A program made the position numbers and the translations under genes. A model generated the notes under the pieces. It was not told where the DNA came from. It did not search any database and worked only from the letters and a program-made list of their open reading frames with translations. A stretch of DNA of 63,837 bases, filler included, from Reticulomyxa filosa (lineage: Eukaryota; Protista; Foraminifera), in NCBI GenBank assembly GCA_000512085.1. It is 25 parts of 25 records of this genome, joined end to end, with 100 filler letters (N's around TTAATTAATTAA, not from the genome) between each part and the next. Parts side by side here need not be neighbours in the genome. Positions count along the whole stretch, not along the records: positions 53,082 to 56,077 come from ASPP01027356.1; positions 56,178 to 61,337 come from ASPP01011027.1; positions 61,438 to 62,737 come from ASPP01012973.1; positions 62,838 to 63,837 come from ASPP01047305.1; 21 more parts are not named here. The stretch is one strand, 5' to 3'. Shown here one piece after another: positions 52,982-63,837 of the stretch (its first letter is position 1; each line of letters starts with the position of its first letter).

Positions 52982-54499
52982 NNNNNNNNNNNNNNNNNNN
53001 NNNNNNNNNNNNNNNNNNNNNNNNNTTAATTAATTAANNNNNNNNNNNNNNNNNNNNNNNNNNNNNNNNNNNNNNNNNNNNGCTACTTCGCCAAGGCATG
53101 GTCTACAAATGCGCTTATGCTCCAACAAACACTCTGGCATTCTAACAATCGCCTCAATCAACACATGATCCAGCACCTGCTCCAACACTTATATACACAA
53201 TGCAATGTTTTGTAGTTTTGATGATAACATCCAAAATTTTCATTACAGCATCTACATCAAAATGTGGACTATATGGTCTTGTCAAGTAATTTTGTATTTT
53301 ATTTTTTGTTGTTGTGATAATAATATAAATTATTTGTTTGTGTGTTACTTGCATAGATTGAATGAATAAGGAGCTAGGTGATTGTACAAGTGATTGATTG
53401 ATGGAATGGAAAATTTCAAAGCATCAAGAGAATGTAATATCTTTTGTGTTTTGTTTATGCGACTTATATCTATATTATGTGTATTGTGTACAATAGGACA
53501 CAACAACGTGACACAAAGAAAAAGAATACGGGGTAGAAACCACCCCGTCTCCGAAAGGAGAAATAAAGGTTTGTTCTATATATTTATATATTTTTAAATA
53601 TGTTCAAATAGTTGTTTGTTGTTTTAACATAGGTTCCTCCGTCCACCGATGATTGTTAAAATATTTGGTCCCTCCCTTCACACAAAAGAAAAAAAAAAGA
53701 ATAAGGGGTTGAAACTACCCCCATATCCTCAAAGAGGACGAACTGTATGTGATATTTATATTTATTTATGTATATATGTATATTATCTTGTTATATAATG
53801 TTGTGTTTGTGTTTGTGGTTTAATAGGTTCCCCCTTCAAGAAAAAAAACATATATATGTACGTATTTGTCTATTTATTTGTCCACACACTACATAAAACA
53901 AAAAAATTTGTAAGTGTTTGAACAGGAAAAAAGAAATTGAAATTGGAGATTGCATCAACTTCTAACAGTTATAAATATGTTTTGTCTTATAAAAAATTAT
54001 AAAATATAACTTTATTTGTCTGTGTGGATATAGGTCCGGCGCACAAAATGGATAGGTATTTATTTTTTCAAGGGGGGTTGGAGAAAAAGAGGGTGCAATT
54101 GAATAATAGTGGAAAAAAAAAGATTGAAGAAAAAAAAAAGGTAGTAATAAGAAAAAACGGAATAATAAAAAAAAATGGGATATTAAAAAAGAAAAATGGA
54201 AAAAAGAAAAAAAGGGATATTGTGAAAAAGAAAAAAGGAAAAAAGTAGATAATAAAAAGAAAAAGGAAAGATGTGAAAAAAAATGGAAAAAAAGAAAAAA
54301 ATGGAAAAAAAGAGAAAAAGAAAAATAAAAAAAATTAACATCTTTGATAATGAAAAAATAAAGAAAAAGAAAATAATAATGAAAGAAAAATTACGTTTTA
54401 AATTTTATTTTTTTATTAATATTGATGATATCCCGCGCGGGATAGTTAAGTAAATTTTTTTTTCTTTGTGTGTATTTGTTAAAAAAAAATCAAATATAA

Positions 54500-56077
54500 T
54501 ATTATAGAAATGAAATCAGACAGCAGCAACAAATCACGAGAACATGCAGAACCAATTAGAAAATGAACATCATTGATTGTGAAAAATTATCCAAATCGTA
54601 TTGCTGCCGACTGTCAAATATTGAACATGGTCAATCAACTTATTCACAAGGACCAGCAAACAATTGAATCGAGATCATGTTTAGCAATGTATCGGCTCTA
54701 CGAATTGTCAATTTGCATCCAAGAAGCATTCACAATTAAATCGCTAATCTTAAAATTAGCTAGTATCACGAGTTATAATCAATAACAAAGACATTGGCAG
54801 AATGCAGCGTAATTGTATCGTTGCCCCAACTTTTGATGTTTTCTTGGTCTGTCACAACCAAAGCTCAAAAGTGGATTGTTTGTGTAATTTCACAAACCAA
54901 TTAATAAACATATGTAATCGAAGAAAGGAGATGTATTAGAGTTGTGTGATGAGTATTTATGCAAAGACCAAGAATAGAAGTAAATGTATATTCTATGGAG
55001 AATTCCATCATGGCATGCAATCCTGCCATTACTCAAATTCGAAACAGAGAATGCATATCACCAACATCAAAACGACGGAAAAAAAAAATATTCAAAATAA
55101 CAAGCTCAACCAAACACAAAGAAAAAACAACTTTATTTGAAGGTATGTAATATTTTTATCATATTTTCAGCTGTTGTGATGTGTTTTAACCAAAACAATG
55201 TGGATATGGATTATTTCATTGTAGATTGATTTACCTTATGTTTGGAATGAAAGAAATAGGAACAGGAAGAGAAAAAAGAACAAGAAAGAGTAAATTAAGG
55301 GAAGAGGAAAAGAAAGAAAAAATATTGTTAGTGAATTATTTTTTAAAATATGACATCAGTAATGAATCGTGCAAGAAAGATGAACATACCAAGAGAAGGG
55401 AGGAGATAATGTGAATGAAAGAGAGCCGACACAATAAATCCATTAAAAGTGTTAATATTCGTTTTATGGAAACTATGAGTTGTTATGAATGATATTTATA
55501 AAGCAAAACACAAGTGGCAATGAATTATCATGCACTCGCAATACTTTCATTCAATATACTCTAACTCATCAATGCACCTAATTTGATCAAATGTCCGTCA
55601 CCGCCTTTCATGATTATGCTTTATGTGATTTCCCGATACCGACACACCAAAAGTACATGGAAACATTTTCAAAATAAAATTGTTATGACTTTTCGTGTTT
55701 GATTTGGTGGAAAATATTATTGCAATTTGATTGCTTTTTTTCAATGTAAAAAAAAATTATGATTATCGTCGTTAAGTAAGATTGGCAGGAAATGGTTTGC
55801 CTTCAAAAGAAGATTAAAGTTAAAAGAACATTGATTATTTTTTGTCTTTTTTTTTAAACAATTTGAATTAATTTATCGTTTGTCGTTTTTGTTTTTACAG
55901 CAACTAGAATATGTAAATTCCACAGGTGGTGCAGGTGGTGGAATCTGCAAATGAAAAAGAACAAAAACAAGACACATATAAAAATGTTAATACCGCTATC
56001 TCGACGTGCAAATAATATCCAGAAAATTGATGAATAAATCTTTCATGATAAATTACAGCAACAACAGCGAAAGTGCA
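54500..56077 (+). pseudogene. Mosaic of decayed multicopy-family fragments
   Basis: Short broken ORFs (NRIAADCQILNMVNQLIHKDQQTIE..); 55859-56077 is homologous to 45630-45890. Confidence 0.45.
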
Positions 56078-56177
56078 NNNNNNNNNNNNNNNNNNNNNNN
56101 NNNNNNNNNNNNNNNNNNNNNTTAATTAATTAANNNNNNNNNNNNNNNNNNNNNNNNNNNNNNNNNNNNNNNNNNNN

Positions 56178-56214
<37 letters not shown>

Positions 56215-56216
<2 letters not shown>

Positions 56217-59200
56217 TTGTTGTTTAATCAATTGACAAACAACACAAAAAGATTTTTTCAAAGAGGAACGAAGGGAGATGTAACTATATCTCGCATGTCC
56301 CAAGACAACAAAGTGCCGTTGTCTCCTTGCGGAAATAGCATCTCAAGTAGTCCTTCTCCTAGTGGTTCCGATACCACAGAGCAGGCGCACATTAATGGGG
56401 TTTGAAGGTTCTAAGCAATTTTATTATTATTGTTTATAGCAAAAATACTCTTTCTTTTTTTTTTTTTTGTTGTTTTTTTTTTTTTTTACCAAAAAGAACT
56501 TTGTTAGTTGATTCAATAAGTTCTTTAAAACACTTTTCCGGCATTGCTTTTTTCAACGCTTGTAATCTTTGGAGACAATTGGGATTGCTGTTTTGAACTG
56601 CCAAATGCAAAAGACAGTTTCCCGTTTTAGGATGTTTGCTCAACCAAAATTCTGGGCTATTTTCCAATTGCTTTGGTACCAACAACTTGATTATATTGTC
56701 ATCCAAATCATCTCGATATTGGCATGCATACATCAAAGGGAGGAACTTTGACTTTTTTTTTTTTTTTTTTTTTTTAAAAAAAATAATACATAAGATAATA
56801 TTTGAAATGTTTGATTCAATGACTTTGTAACGACTTTTTGTTTAGAAATAGATCATTTCTCCCTCTTTTCGCATACCTTCATATTGAGAAGTGATTTCGA
56901 CGGAACGTATTGATTCAAAGTCTGCAAACGTGAAACACAATGTGGTTTCGGATTTTTGACTGCCAATGCCAAAATCGAGTCACTGTGCTGTGTTAATATT
57001 GTTGGTTAAGCACATGTGCCTGTTTGGCAATTGAACAAGCAATGGATGAAAAGCCAACACACGAGCACCACCTTACCTTATCAGTAGTACTCCAAAAGTC
57101 TTCGTCGTTCTGAAGCTCCGTTGGCAATAGCAAACTCATTATAAAGAAACCGATTTGACGTTGGTTTTCAAAAGCGTCCATTAAAGGGGTGCAATTATTC
57201 TATGTGTTATTTGTTTGTCTTATTTGTAAGCTGAGAGAAGAGAGAAAATAGGATTAGTAAAATAAACTGTAGCGACCAATACATAAACCTACCTTATTTT
57301 TTTTTACAAGCATCTTTTGATAGCAATCGGGAGGAATGAACGACTGTAATGTCCGCAATCGAGAAAGGCAATTGGGATTTTGATTTTGAATTGCCAAATG
57401 CAACATTGTATTACCATTCTATGCGAGCAATGTTTCATAACACAAGCACATATAAAAATAAAAATAAACAAAAGCAAACAAAAAAACAAAACGAAATCTG
57501 TTTGTTGGAAAATGTCTAATTTTTCATCGTCTTCTTTTGTTTCTGGCGGTATCAGCAGATGCAATACGTCCATTTCAATATGTTCTTGTACAAGACACGC
57601 GTACAGCAACGGCGTTTGTCCCATCTTTGTATGCATGTGGATATAGAGAGAGAGAGAAAAAGGAAGGGGGGGGGGGGGGGGAGGATTTTGTCAACAAAAT
57701 AGAACGAAGAGATGCCACGCAACATTACACACACAAATATTGTAATGATAGAGCATATGCATTCGCACACCTTATTTTGAGATCGTAATAAATTGACAAA
57801 CATGTCGTTACTTTGAATTACTTTCCGCAGGAGTTTCAGACGTACCATACCATCAGAAACCGGATTATGTAGTGCCAAATGTAATATCGAATTGAAGTTC
57901 TGGAAAAAAAAAGGATAAATATAAATATAAATATAAATATAAATATATTTATAATTTTTTTTTTTTTTCAAAACAAAACAAAACAAAACATAACTGTTGG
58001 TTCAGACATTTCCCAATAACTGACATCCGTGTGTTTTGGTGCGAACAAGCGTATAATTTTACAATCTTGTTGAAAGATGAAGGCGTTCATCAAAGCGGTA
58101 AGGCCCAGATTATTGACTTCGTCTCGCAACTGTCGTTCGACGGCCTCGAAGGGGATCAAATTCATGATGGACTTGACGCAGTCGTGGTGAAGTGATGGGG
58201 TCAATACTTTGGAGAGCGAAGAGTGGTCCGCCTTGTATCGTTTGACTTTGAATCTGGGGTCCTCCCATTTCCTTCGGTTCGCCGAGTCGTCATTTCCCAG
58301 ATTGAGTAAGTTGGACTCTTTGGAATGGGCAGAGTTTTCTTTTGGTGGAGTGACTTTCTTCGCCGTGTATGGAAACGGGTACACATTACCACTGCCGCAA
58401 CATTTGGCCATTCGCATCATAAAGTTGTTGCCATTCAAATCCTTTTGGTACAGCACAAAATACGAACTTTGAAAGTAAAACGGATAGCGGACTATTAATG
58501 GCGTTATTATTTTGCTATGAAATATCGACGAAGACAATGTTGTCAATTGCAATTTCTTATCGAAATACGAATAGATCGGATGATTTAGACTCAAGCATAT
58601 GTGTGTATTTTGGTTGGCCAATAAGGATCGGCTACTCAATATGGAATACCTTCCCTGTGTGGTTGTTGCACCCCCTTTTTTTTTACATTTTTTTGTTTGT
58701 GTAATAGTATGGTATATGCATCGTAATAAGGGCTTGTGTCAAGTCATATTTAAAAAAAAAAAAAAAAAAAAAAAATAAATATATATATATATGTTTTGAG
58801 AGAGAGAGAGAGATAGAAAGAGAGACAGAGAGAAAGAAAGAGGCTTTTTATCTTACCGCTCACTTGGTTGCTATCTGCACTAATCAAAGGAAGGTTTGGA
58901 GTTTCTTGGGGCTGTGTACTGTGCTGATTGTCACTGTCTCGATTCACAAGCTCATTGTTGTTGTCATTGCTTGGATGGGTTTTCAAGAATTGAAGGCCGC
59001 GATTAGTGGTGGAGTTTTGGTTGTCTATTTCATTGATCCGTTTAGGAAGCTTTTTGCTTTTTGTCTCTGACCTTTTTAACGCCAAGCTATACATATACAT
59101 ATATATATATATATCACATAAGCAAATAAATGTAAATAAATGTAAATATATATGTACATATATAATATATGTACACATATATTTACATTTATTTATTTCT

Positions 59201-59895
59201 ATAAGTATGTTATATAATATATTCATATACAAGAAAATAACCTATGTGCAGCAATGAAGGAAAGATTATTGAAAATGGGATTGTGTGAGTTTGCATTAGA
59301 GCTATCATTACTATTATTGGCTCGCAGTTTGGCATGGTTGATTCCCAAGCCATAGGTCAGGTAATGAAAGGCCCCTTTGATTAGCGGATGGTAATGGTTT
59401 TTGATGATGGAGAATTGTCTCGTTTGCTGGCGGAATTCCAGCATGCATTTGAGGATCAATTGGATTTCGCAAATCATTGCACGTTGACTATGCTTAATGC
59501 ACACATAGAATTTGATGCATTGGTACTCGTTGATTTTGGGCAGTTTGTCTCTGTGTTGAGAGAGGGACGTCCTGGCGGCTTCTTGGATCACTTTTTTTTT
59601 CGACTTTTCCGTTTTTTTCTCTTTTTTAGTGGGAAATAAGGAAGACATGGACGGCATTCGTTTGCGTGAAGCATGTCTTTCCGACTCTTTGTTAATGGGA
59701 GAGGTCTGATCATCGCCGATTAATTCGCGAGGAAGATCATGAAGATCCAATTGATCATTGTCTTTGATATCGTCATCATTGTCATTGCCATTGCCATTAT
59801 CATTATCATCTTCACTGTCTTCATATTTTTTTTCATTGTCGATCGTGGTAGCATTATTATCGTTATTATTATTATTATTATTTTTGTTATTATTA

Positions 59896-59939
<44 letters not shown>

Positions 59940-61085
59940 GATTTCTTGCAATGATTTCATCAATTGTTTGTATTGGGAAAATGGATTGTCAACTCCAATC
60001 AATTCCAACAACTCTTTATGATCTCGACAATAAATGAGCAACAAAATCATCCCTTGATGCAGTGTCTCCATATTTTCAAAGATCACACTCCCGTGGATAC
60101 AGTTCAACAAATGTGCAGTTTGCGGATATTTATTCACGCCATTGTCAAAGTGATCTTCCTTACTGTTCCCAATCGTTTGGTTCGTTTGATTGCTATTGTT
60201 CTTTTCATGTTCACTTCCATATTGTCCCTCTTGCATGACCTCCTTTTTTTTGGTTACGTTTTCTGAATCCGTCTTTTTTTCATTTTGTATGTGCAAGTAC
60301 TTAGTTTGGCTATACGGATTTGGAGTGACTCGGTCTTGCGGAGTGTTATTATTATTGCTGTTGGTGGTGGTGGTGGTGGTGTTGTTATTGTTATTGTTAT
60401 TATTATTGTTATTATTGTTATTATTATTGTTATTATTATTATTGTTATTATTATTGTTATTGTTATTGTTATTATTATTATTATTATTGGCATTGGTATC
60501 GCTTGGCTCCAAACCATTTTTTTTACTCCAATTTCGCCAATGGTTCCATTCGTCAACACGACTTCGTCTTGGCAGTAATTCATACGTTGAACTTGGAATT
60601 GATAGTATTTCTTGTGCTGAATATCTCCGGGCTTGTAAAACATGCCTTCGGACTTGTCAAACAGCTGCCGCATCAAATTGTGGAAATGGTCATTCAAAAT
60701 GTGAGCCCGAGTAAGCAGCCCATCCAAATACACGTCGTAATCATAGACATAGGTGGCATCCATATCGCCATAGATGGATATGTCGCGCAACGTGTTGATT
60801 TCTCCCGATCTCGGCAGGCCAAATTGGATACCGTCTTGTCGCCATTGTTTGCGGTCATAAAATTTTTTGTCGACGATTTTGATATCTTCAATCAGCTGTT
60901 TCATGTCCAAGTCCACGATCTCTTTGAAGATTTCGTCGTTTTTCATTATCTCTTCGTACATTACCTGTTCTAACAATTCTTTGCGTTTCTGCAACTGCGC
61001 ATTTACAATTCGCATTAGTATGTCATCCCATAGCAATGACGATTGACTTTGAGGTTTGACAGGTGCTTTGTAATTATAAATATAA

Positions 61086-61119
<34 letters not shown>

Positions 61120-61337
61120 TAGACAAAATGTAACATACAAGAAGGGGCATGATTGACATCAGCAGACGCTTCTTCTGATTTCTGTGAGTGAACAACTAAT
61201 GGCTCCGGCAAAGGAGGTGGGGTTCCTTGTTTTTCTTGCCCTGCCATGGACGGCGAAACGGCAGCCTCATTGTGTTCAGCGTCCACGCCTTTGGGAGATA
61301 ACGAAGGTTGGAGCAAGGAATATTTGACAGGCTTGTC
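56215..61337 (-). CDS. Large multi-exon protein: degenerate RelA/SpoT-synthetase-like domain with poly-Asn inserts plus C-terminal ankyrin-like array; partial
   Basis: YDYDVYLDGLLTRAHILNDHF..YKPGDIQHKK; YPQTAHLLNCIHGSVIF; EYQCIKFYV; MICEIQLIL. Then GNNFMMRMA, GLTALMNA, NSILHLAL, GQTPLLYA, GNTMLHLAI, GNCLLHLAV. Apparent 1-nt frameshift near 60555. Confidence 0.65.
60362..60492. repeat. (AAT/AAC)n poly-Asn tract; second tract ~59850-59940
   Basis: Direct reading. Confidence 0.9.
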
Positions 61338-61437
61338 NNNNNNNNNNNNNNNNNNNNNNNNNNNNNNNNNNNNNNNNNNNNTTAATTAATTAANNNNNNN
61401 NNNNNNNNNNNNNNNNNNNNNNNNNNNNNNNNNNNNN

Positions 61438-61581
61438 GTGCTGGCGGAGCATCTGGCAAGCGACCCGGTGCCGACCCAGATCTACGGTTTCACCCGGCTC
61501 GGCCTGTTCGAGTTGACCCGCGCCCGGCGCGGCCCGACCCTGGCGGCTCAGCTCGAAGCGCTGGAAAAGAGCGATGACTGA
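61438..61581 (+). CDS. rng: Ribonuclease E/G family protein, 3' end (bacterial)
   Basis: LASDPVPTQIYGFTRLGLFELTRARRGPTL..*; overlaps the yacG start. Confidence 0.8.
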   Translation: MLAEHLASDPVPTQIYGFTRLGLFELTRARRGPTLAAQLEALEKSDD

Positions 61582-61798
61582 CCGAACCCCGCCGCTGCGC
61601 GCCGTGCGCATCGAACCGAAATGCCCGACCTGCGGAAAGCCCGCTGATCCCAAATACAGGCCGTTCTGCCGCAAGCGCTGCGCCGACATCGATCTCGGCC
61701 GCTGGCTGAAGGAAGGCTATCGCGTGCCGACCGACGAGGCGCCCGGCGAGGAAGACCTCGACGAGAGGGGCGGCGGCCTGTCTGGACAGCGGGGCTAG
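61574..61798 (+). CDS. yacG: DNA gyrase inhibitor YacG
   Basis: CPTCGK..YRPFCRKRCADIDLGRWLKEGYRVP. Confidence 0.93.
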   Translation: MTDRTPPLRAVRIEPKCPTCGKPADPKYRPFCRKRCADIDLGRWLKEGYRVPTDEAPGEEDLDERGGGLSGQRG

Positions 61799-61811
61799 CC
61801 CGTCCTATAAG
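61783..61811 (+). promoter_or_regulatory. Sigma70-type promoter for tRNA-Phe
   Basis: TGGACA (61783-61788), 17-bp spacer, TATAAG (61806-61811), GC-rich discriminator, 22 bp before the tRNA. Confidence 0.65.
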
Positions 61812-61833
61812 CCCGGCCGCCAACGAACGATGT

Positions 61834-61909
61834 GCCCAGGTAGCTCAGTTGGTAGAGCATGCGACTGAAAATCGCAGTGTCGGTGGTTCGACTCCGCCCC
61901 TGGGCACCA
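61834..61909 (+). tRNA. tRNA-Phe (GAA)
   Basis: GCCCAGG/CCTGGGC acceptor stem, TAGCTCAGTTGGTAGAGC D-arm, TGCGA-CTGAAAA-TCGCA anticodon arm, TTCGA T-loop, encoded CCA; 76 nt. Confidence 0.98.
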
Positions 61910-61981
61910 TTCGTTTTTAGCTACTAAATCAAGCACTTAAGAATGTTCTTGAGCCGCCCACGAGTTGGGCGATTTGTTGTT

Positions 61982-62626
61982 TTAGACACCTGCGTTCGCA
62001 GTTTTAGATATCGGCCTCGTTCTGTTCACGTTCTGCTTTGCTCTTACGATCACGGGGCGCCTTCGCTTCTGAAAGCTAGGCGGGTCGTCCAGGTCGACTA
62101 CAGCGAGAAGCATCTGGTTCATCCGTCCACCGAGGCGTTTGAACTCTTCGATTTGTTTCACTAGTTCGACCTCGCTGAACTGATGCTTGTTGACGCGAGA
62201 CAGGCCAACCGGCCCGTATGTGAATCTTCCGTTCTCAATCTCCCAAGACCTGTCGTAGTAGGCGTGGGCGAACTTGTTGCGCCATGCACTGAGGGTATCA
62301 GTTTCGTCAGCCATCTTTTTGAGGGCGCTCACGATGTCTGGCTTGGCCTTCAGAGCGACGCGGGCTAGATCGACGACCATTCGCCTTTGATTTCGGCTGC
62401 TAGGAACACTGAAGAAGACAGCAGCCGCGCGACTATGCTTTTCGACCCAATGCGGATCGTCTACGGCACCGGGCTCGGCGCCAGCCTGGAGCGGTTCAGC
62501 GATGCCTTCATAGACCAAATTGAAAAAGATGTGAGCCCAGGTCGCTTCGATCTGACTCCAGGTGACGATCGCTTCCCCGATCAGCTTCGGGAGTCGGTCT
62601 TCTTTCTTTGCGAGATTTTCGTTCAC
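61982..62626 (-). CDS. Hypothetical helical protein with HEPN-like RxxxxH motif, probable island cargo
   Basis: 214-aa ORF; LIGEAIVTWSQIE helix and LSAWRNKFAHAYY; lower GC than rng/yacG; directly downstream of the tRNA. Confidence 0.65.
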   Translation of the reverse strand: MNENLAKKEDRLPKLIGEAIVTWSQIEATWAHIFFNLVYEGIAEPLQAGAEPGAVDDPHWVEKHSRAAAVFFSVPSSRNQRRMVVDLARVALKAKPDIVSALKKMADETDTLSAWRNKFAHAYYDRSWEIENGRFTYGPVGLSRVNKHQFSEVELVKQIEEFKRLGGRMNQMLLAVVDLDDPPSFQKRRRPVIVRAKQNVNRTRPISKTANAGV

Positions 62627-62837
62627 TTGGTGGATTTCCGGTGCTTACGATTGATGGCCCAAGTGGCCTTGTCGACCTGCCGGCTGCGGTTTCCTCCCTG
62701 CTCGTAGATTCGGCTGGCGGCGTCGCTCTCGAGGGCCNNNNNNNNNNNNNNNNNNNNNNNNNNNNNNNNNNNNNNNNNNNNTTAATTAATTAANNNNNNN
62801 NNNNNNNNNNNNNNNNNNNNNNNNNNNNNNNNNNNNN

Positions 62838-63590
62838 AAAAGGGTCATCAAGAGCATGTAGAACAATTGAAATCTCTGTCGGAGAGACTCCAAGAAAGTA
62901 TTTGGAAGCAAGACTCGAAGCCCTTCTTTGTTGACATGGTGATACAAATAAAGAGAACTTGGCATTCATTTCATTCCATTTATCACTCCACAAGCACATA
63001 CCGACACTTTGAAGCATCACTCATGGATCCAAACTACCAGATCCAAAGCAACAATATTCCCAGCGGAATGATCTGTTTAGTTTTTCACTCACTCACTGAA
63101 GAGATATTTTTTTTGTTTTTTGATTGGGTGACATACATGTGTGTGATGTTAGAAATGAGGTTACATCTTAAAAAAAAATAAAAAATAACTTTACTAAACT
63201 CTAATTTTTTTTTTTTTTTAAAAAGCAATCGAAGTAATTCGAAGATATTACCGCAGCTGTTGGAAGTCGTTGCTGTATGGGATATCAGATAACAGATCAG
63301 TGGCGGAGCACATGTGCCGAATAAAGACCTAATACACTTCACAATGACGATGATGGAATCCAGAGAGGATCTTGTGTTGGTCCTTCGTTGTCTTCGTAGT
63401 CTGGGATACAACTTGAACACTTGGTCGTGGCTTTGCGTGTTGTATTTGAACGGCAAAGTGAAGTGGATCAAGAACAATATCTTTCCTTTGTTCCCGTTTT
63501 CGAAAGAGGAAGGACAATGTGATTTCGACAAGAAGGGTGGTGTTTCTTGTCGGACCCAAACCACAACATGTGGTAGTGGCTGTTGCTAGG
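62838..63590 (+). repeat. Second copy of the family at 20612-21530
   Basis: 62958-63168 aligns with 20830-21031 and 63277-63533 with 21070-21335. Confidence 0.85.
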
Positions 63591-63837
63591 CACTAGTTAA
63601 GGACAAAGAGGAGAGAATAAGAGAAAGTAAACAAAAAACCACGAAGCAGCGTCAAGTTTGAACAAACAGACATATCAACAAACTGAAACTGAAGTATGGC
63701 ATTTTACCTATGCGCAATAATGGTGAACTGTGTATTGTAGAAATTGTTACTATTTTTACAAAGCTCGTTGACAATGTTTATTTTAATTGGAGTGTTGGTA
63801 ATCGAGGGGATAAGGCCAATCTACTATTGCCTTTATA

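Noticed and set aside
52356-53033. Hydrophobic Met/Leu/Ile-rich 'membrane' ORFs (also 31548-31950 and 59739-60714)
   Set aside because: Antisense or alternative frames of trinucleotide and minisatellite coding repeats.
54070-54390. Lys-rich ORF in a purine-rich tract
   Set aside because: A/G low-complexity sequence, probably poor quality or intronic.
60540-60570. Programmed frameshift (also ~31435 and ~39660)
   Set aside because: Shifts can be placed at short homopolymers, consistent with sequencing error; no stimulatory structure seen.

Overview
The window is not one locus. It is 25 short contigs joined by 24 artificial linkers (N-run + TTAATTAATTAA + N-run, stops in all six frames), so adjacency across a linker means nothing. 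23 contigs look like an AT-rich, intron-containing protist genome: GT-AG introns full of (TA)n/(CATA)n and poly-A/T, homopolymer frameshifts, and expanded WD40/Kelch/HEAT/ankyrin families. Style and gene families suggest a foraminiferan such as Reticulomyxa (inference). Two contigs are GC-rich bacterial DNA: a betaproteobacterial-type hisF-hisI-hisE-HIT-tatA piece, and an alphaproteobacterial-type rng-yacG-tRNA-Phe piece followed by an apparent island gene with a HEPN-like motif. Recognisable eukaryotic genes: RING/TRAF zinc-finger protein, multicopper oxidase, TRRAP/Tra1, type-B carboxylesterase, SKP1-like, 7-WD40 protein, RimK-like ATP-grasp ligase, RING-H2 protein, ankyrin proteins, divergent actin. 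Most interesting: (1) an uninterrupted ORF matching the 2'-5' oligoadenylate synthetase (OAS)/cGAS-type nucleotidyltransferase motifs but lacking the catalytic aspartates, just downstream of and co-oriented with a decayed Ty3/gypsy pol; (2) a degenerate RelA/SpoT-synthetase-like domain fused to an unusual two-unit ankyrin-like array; (3) tandem-SAM-like and SAM+OB-fold proteins. All family calls are by-eye motif recognition; no searches were run.
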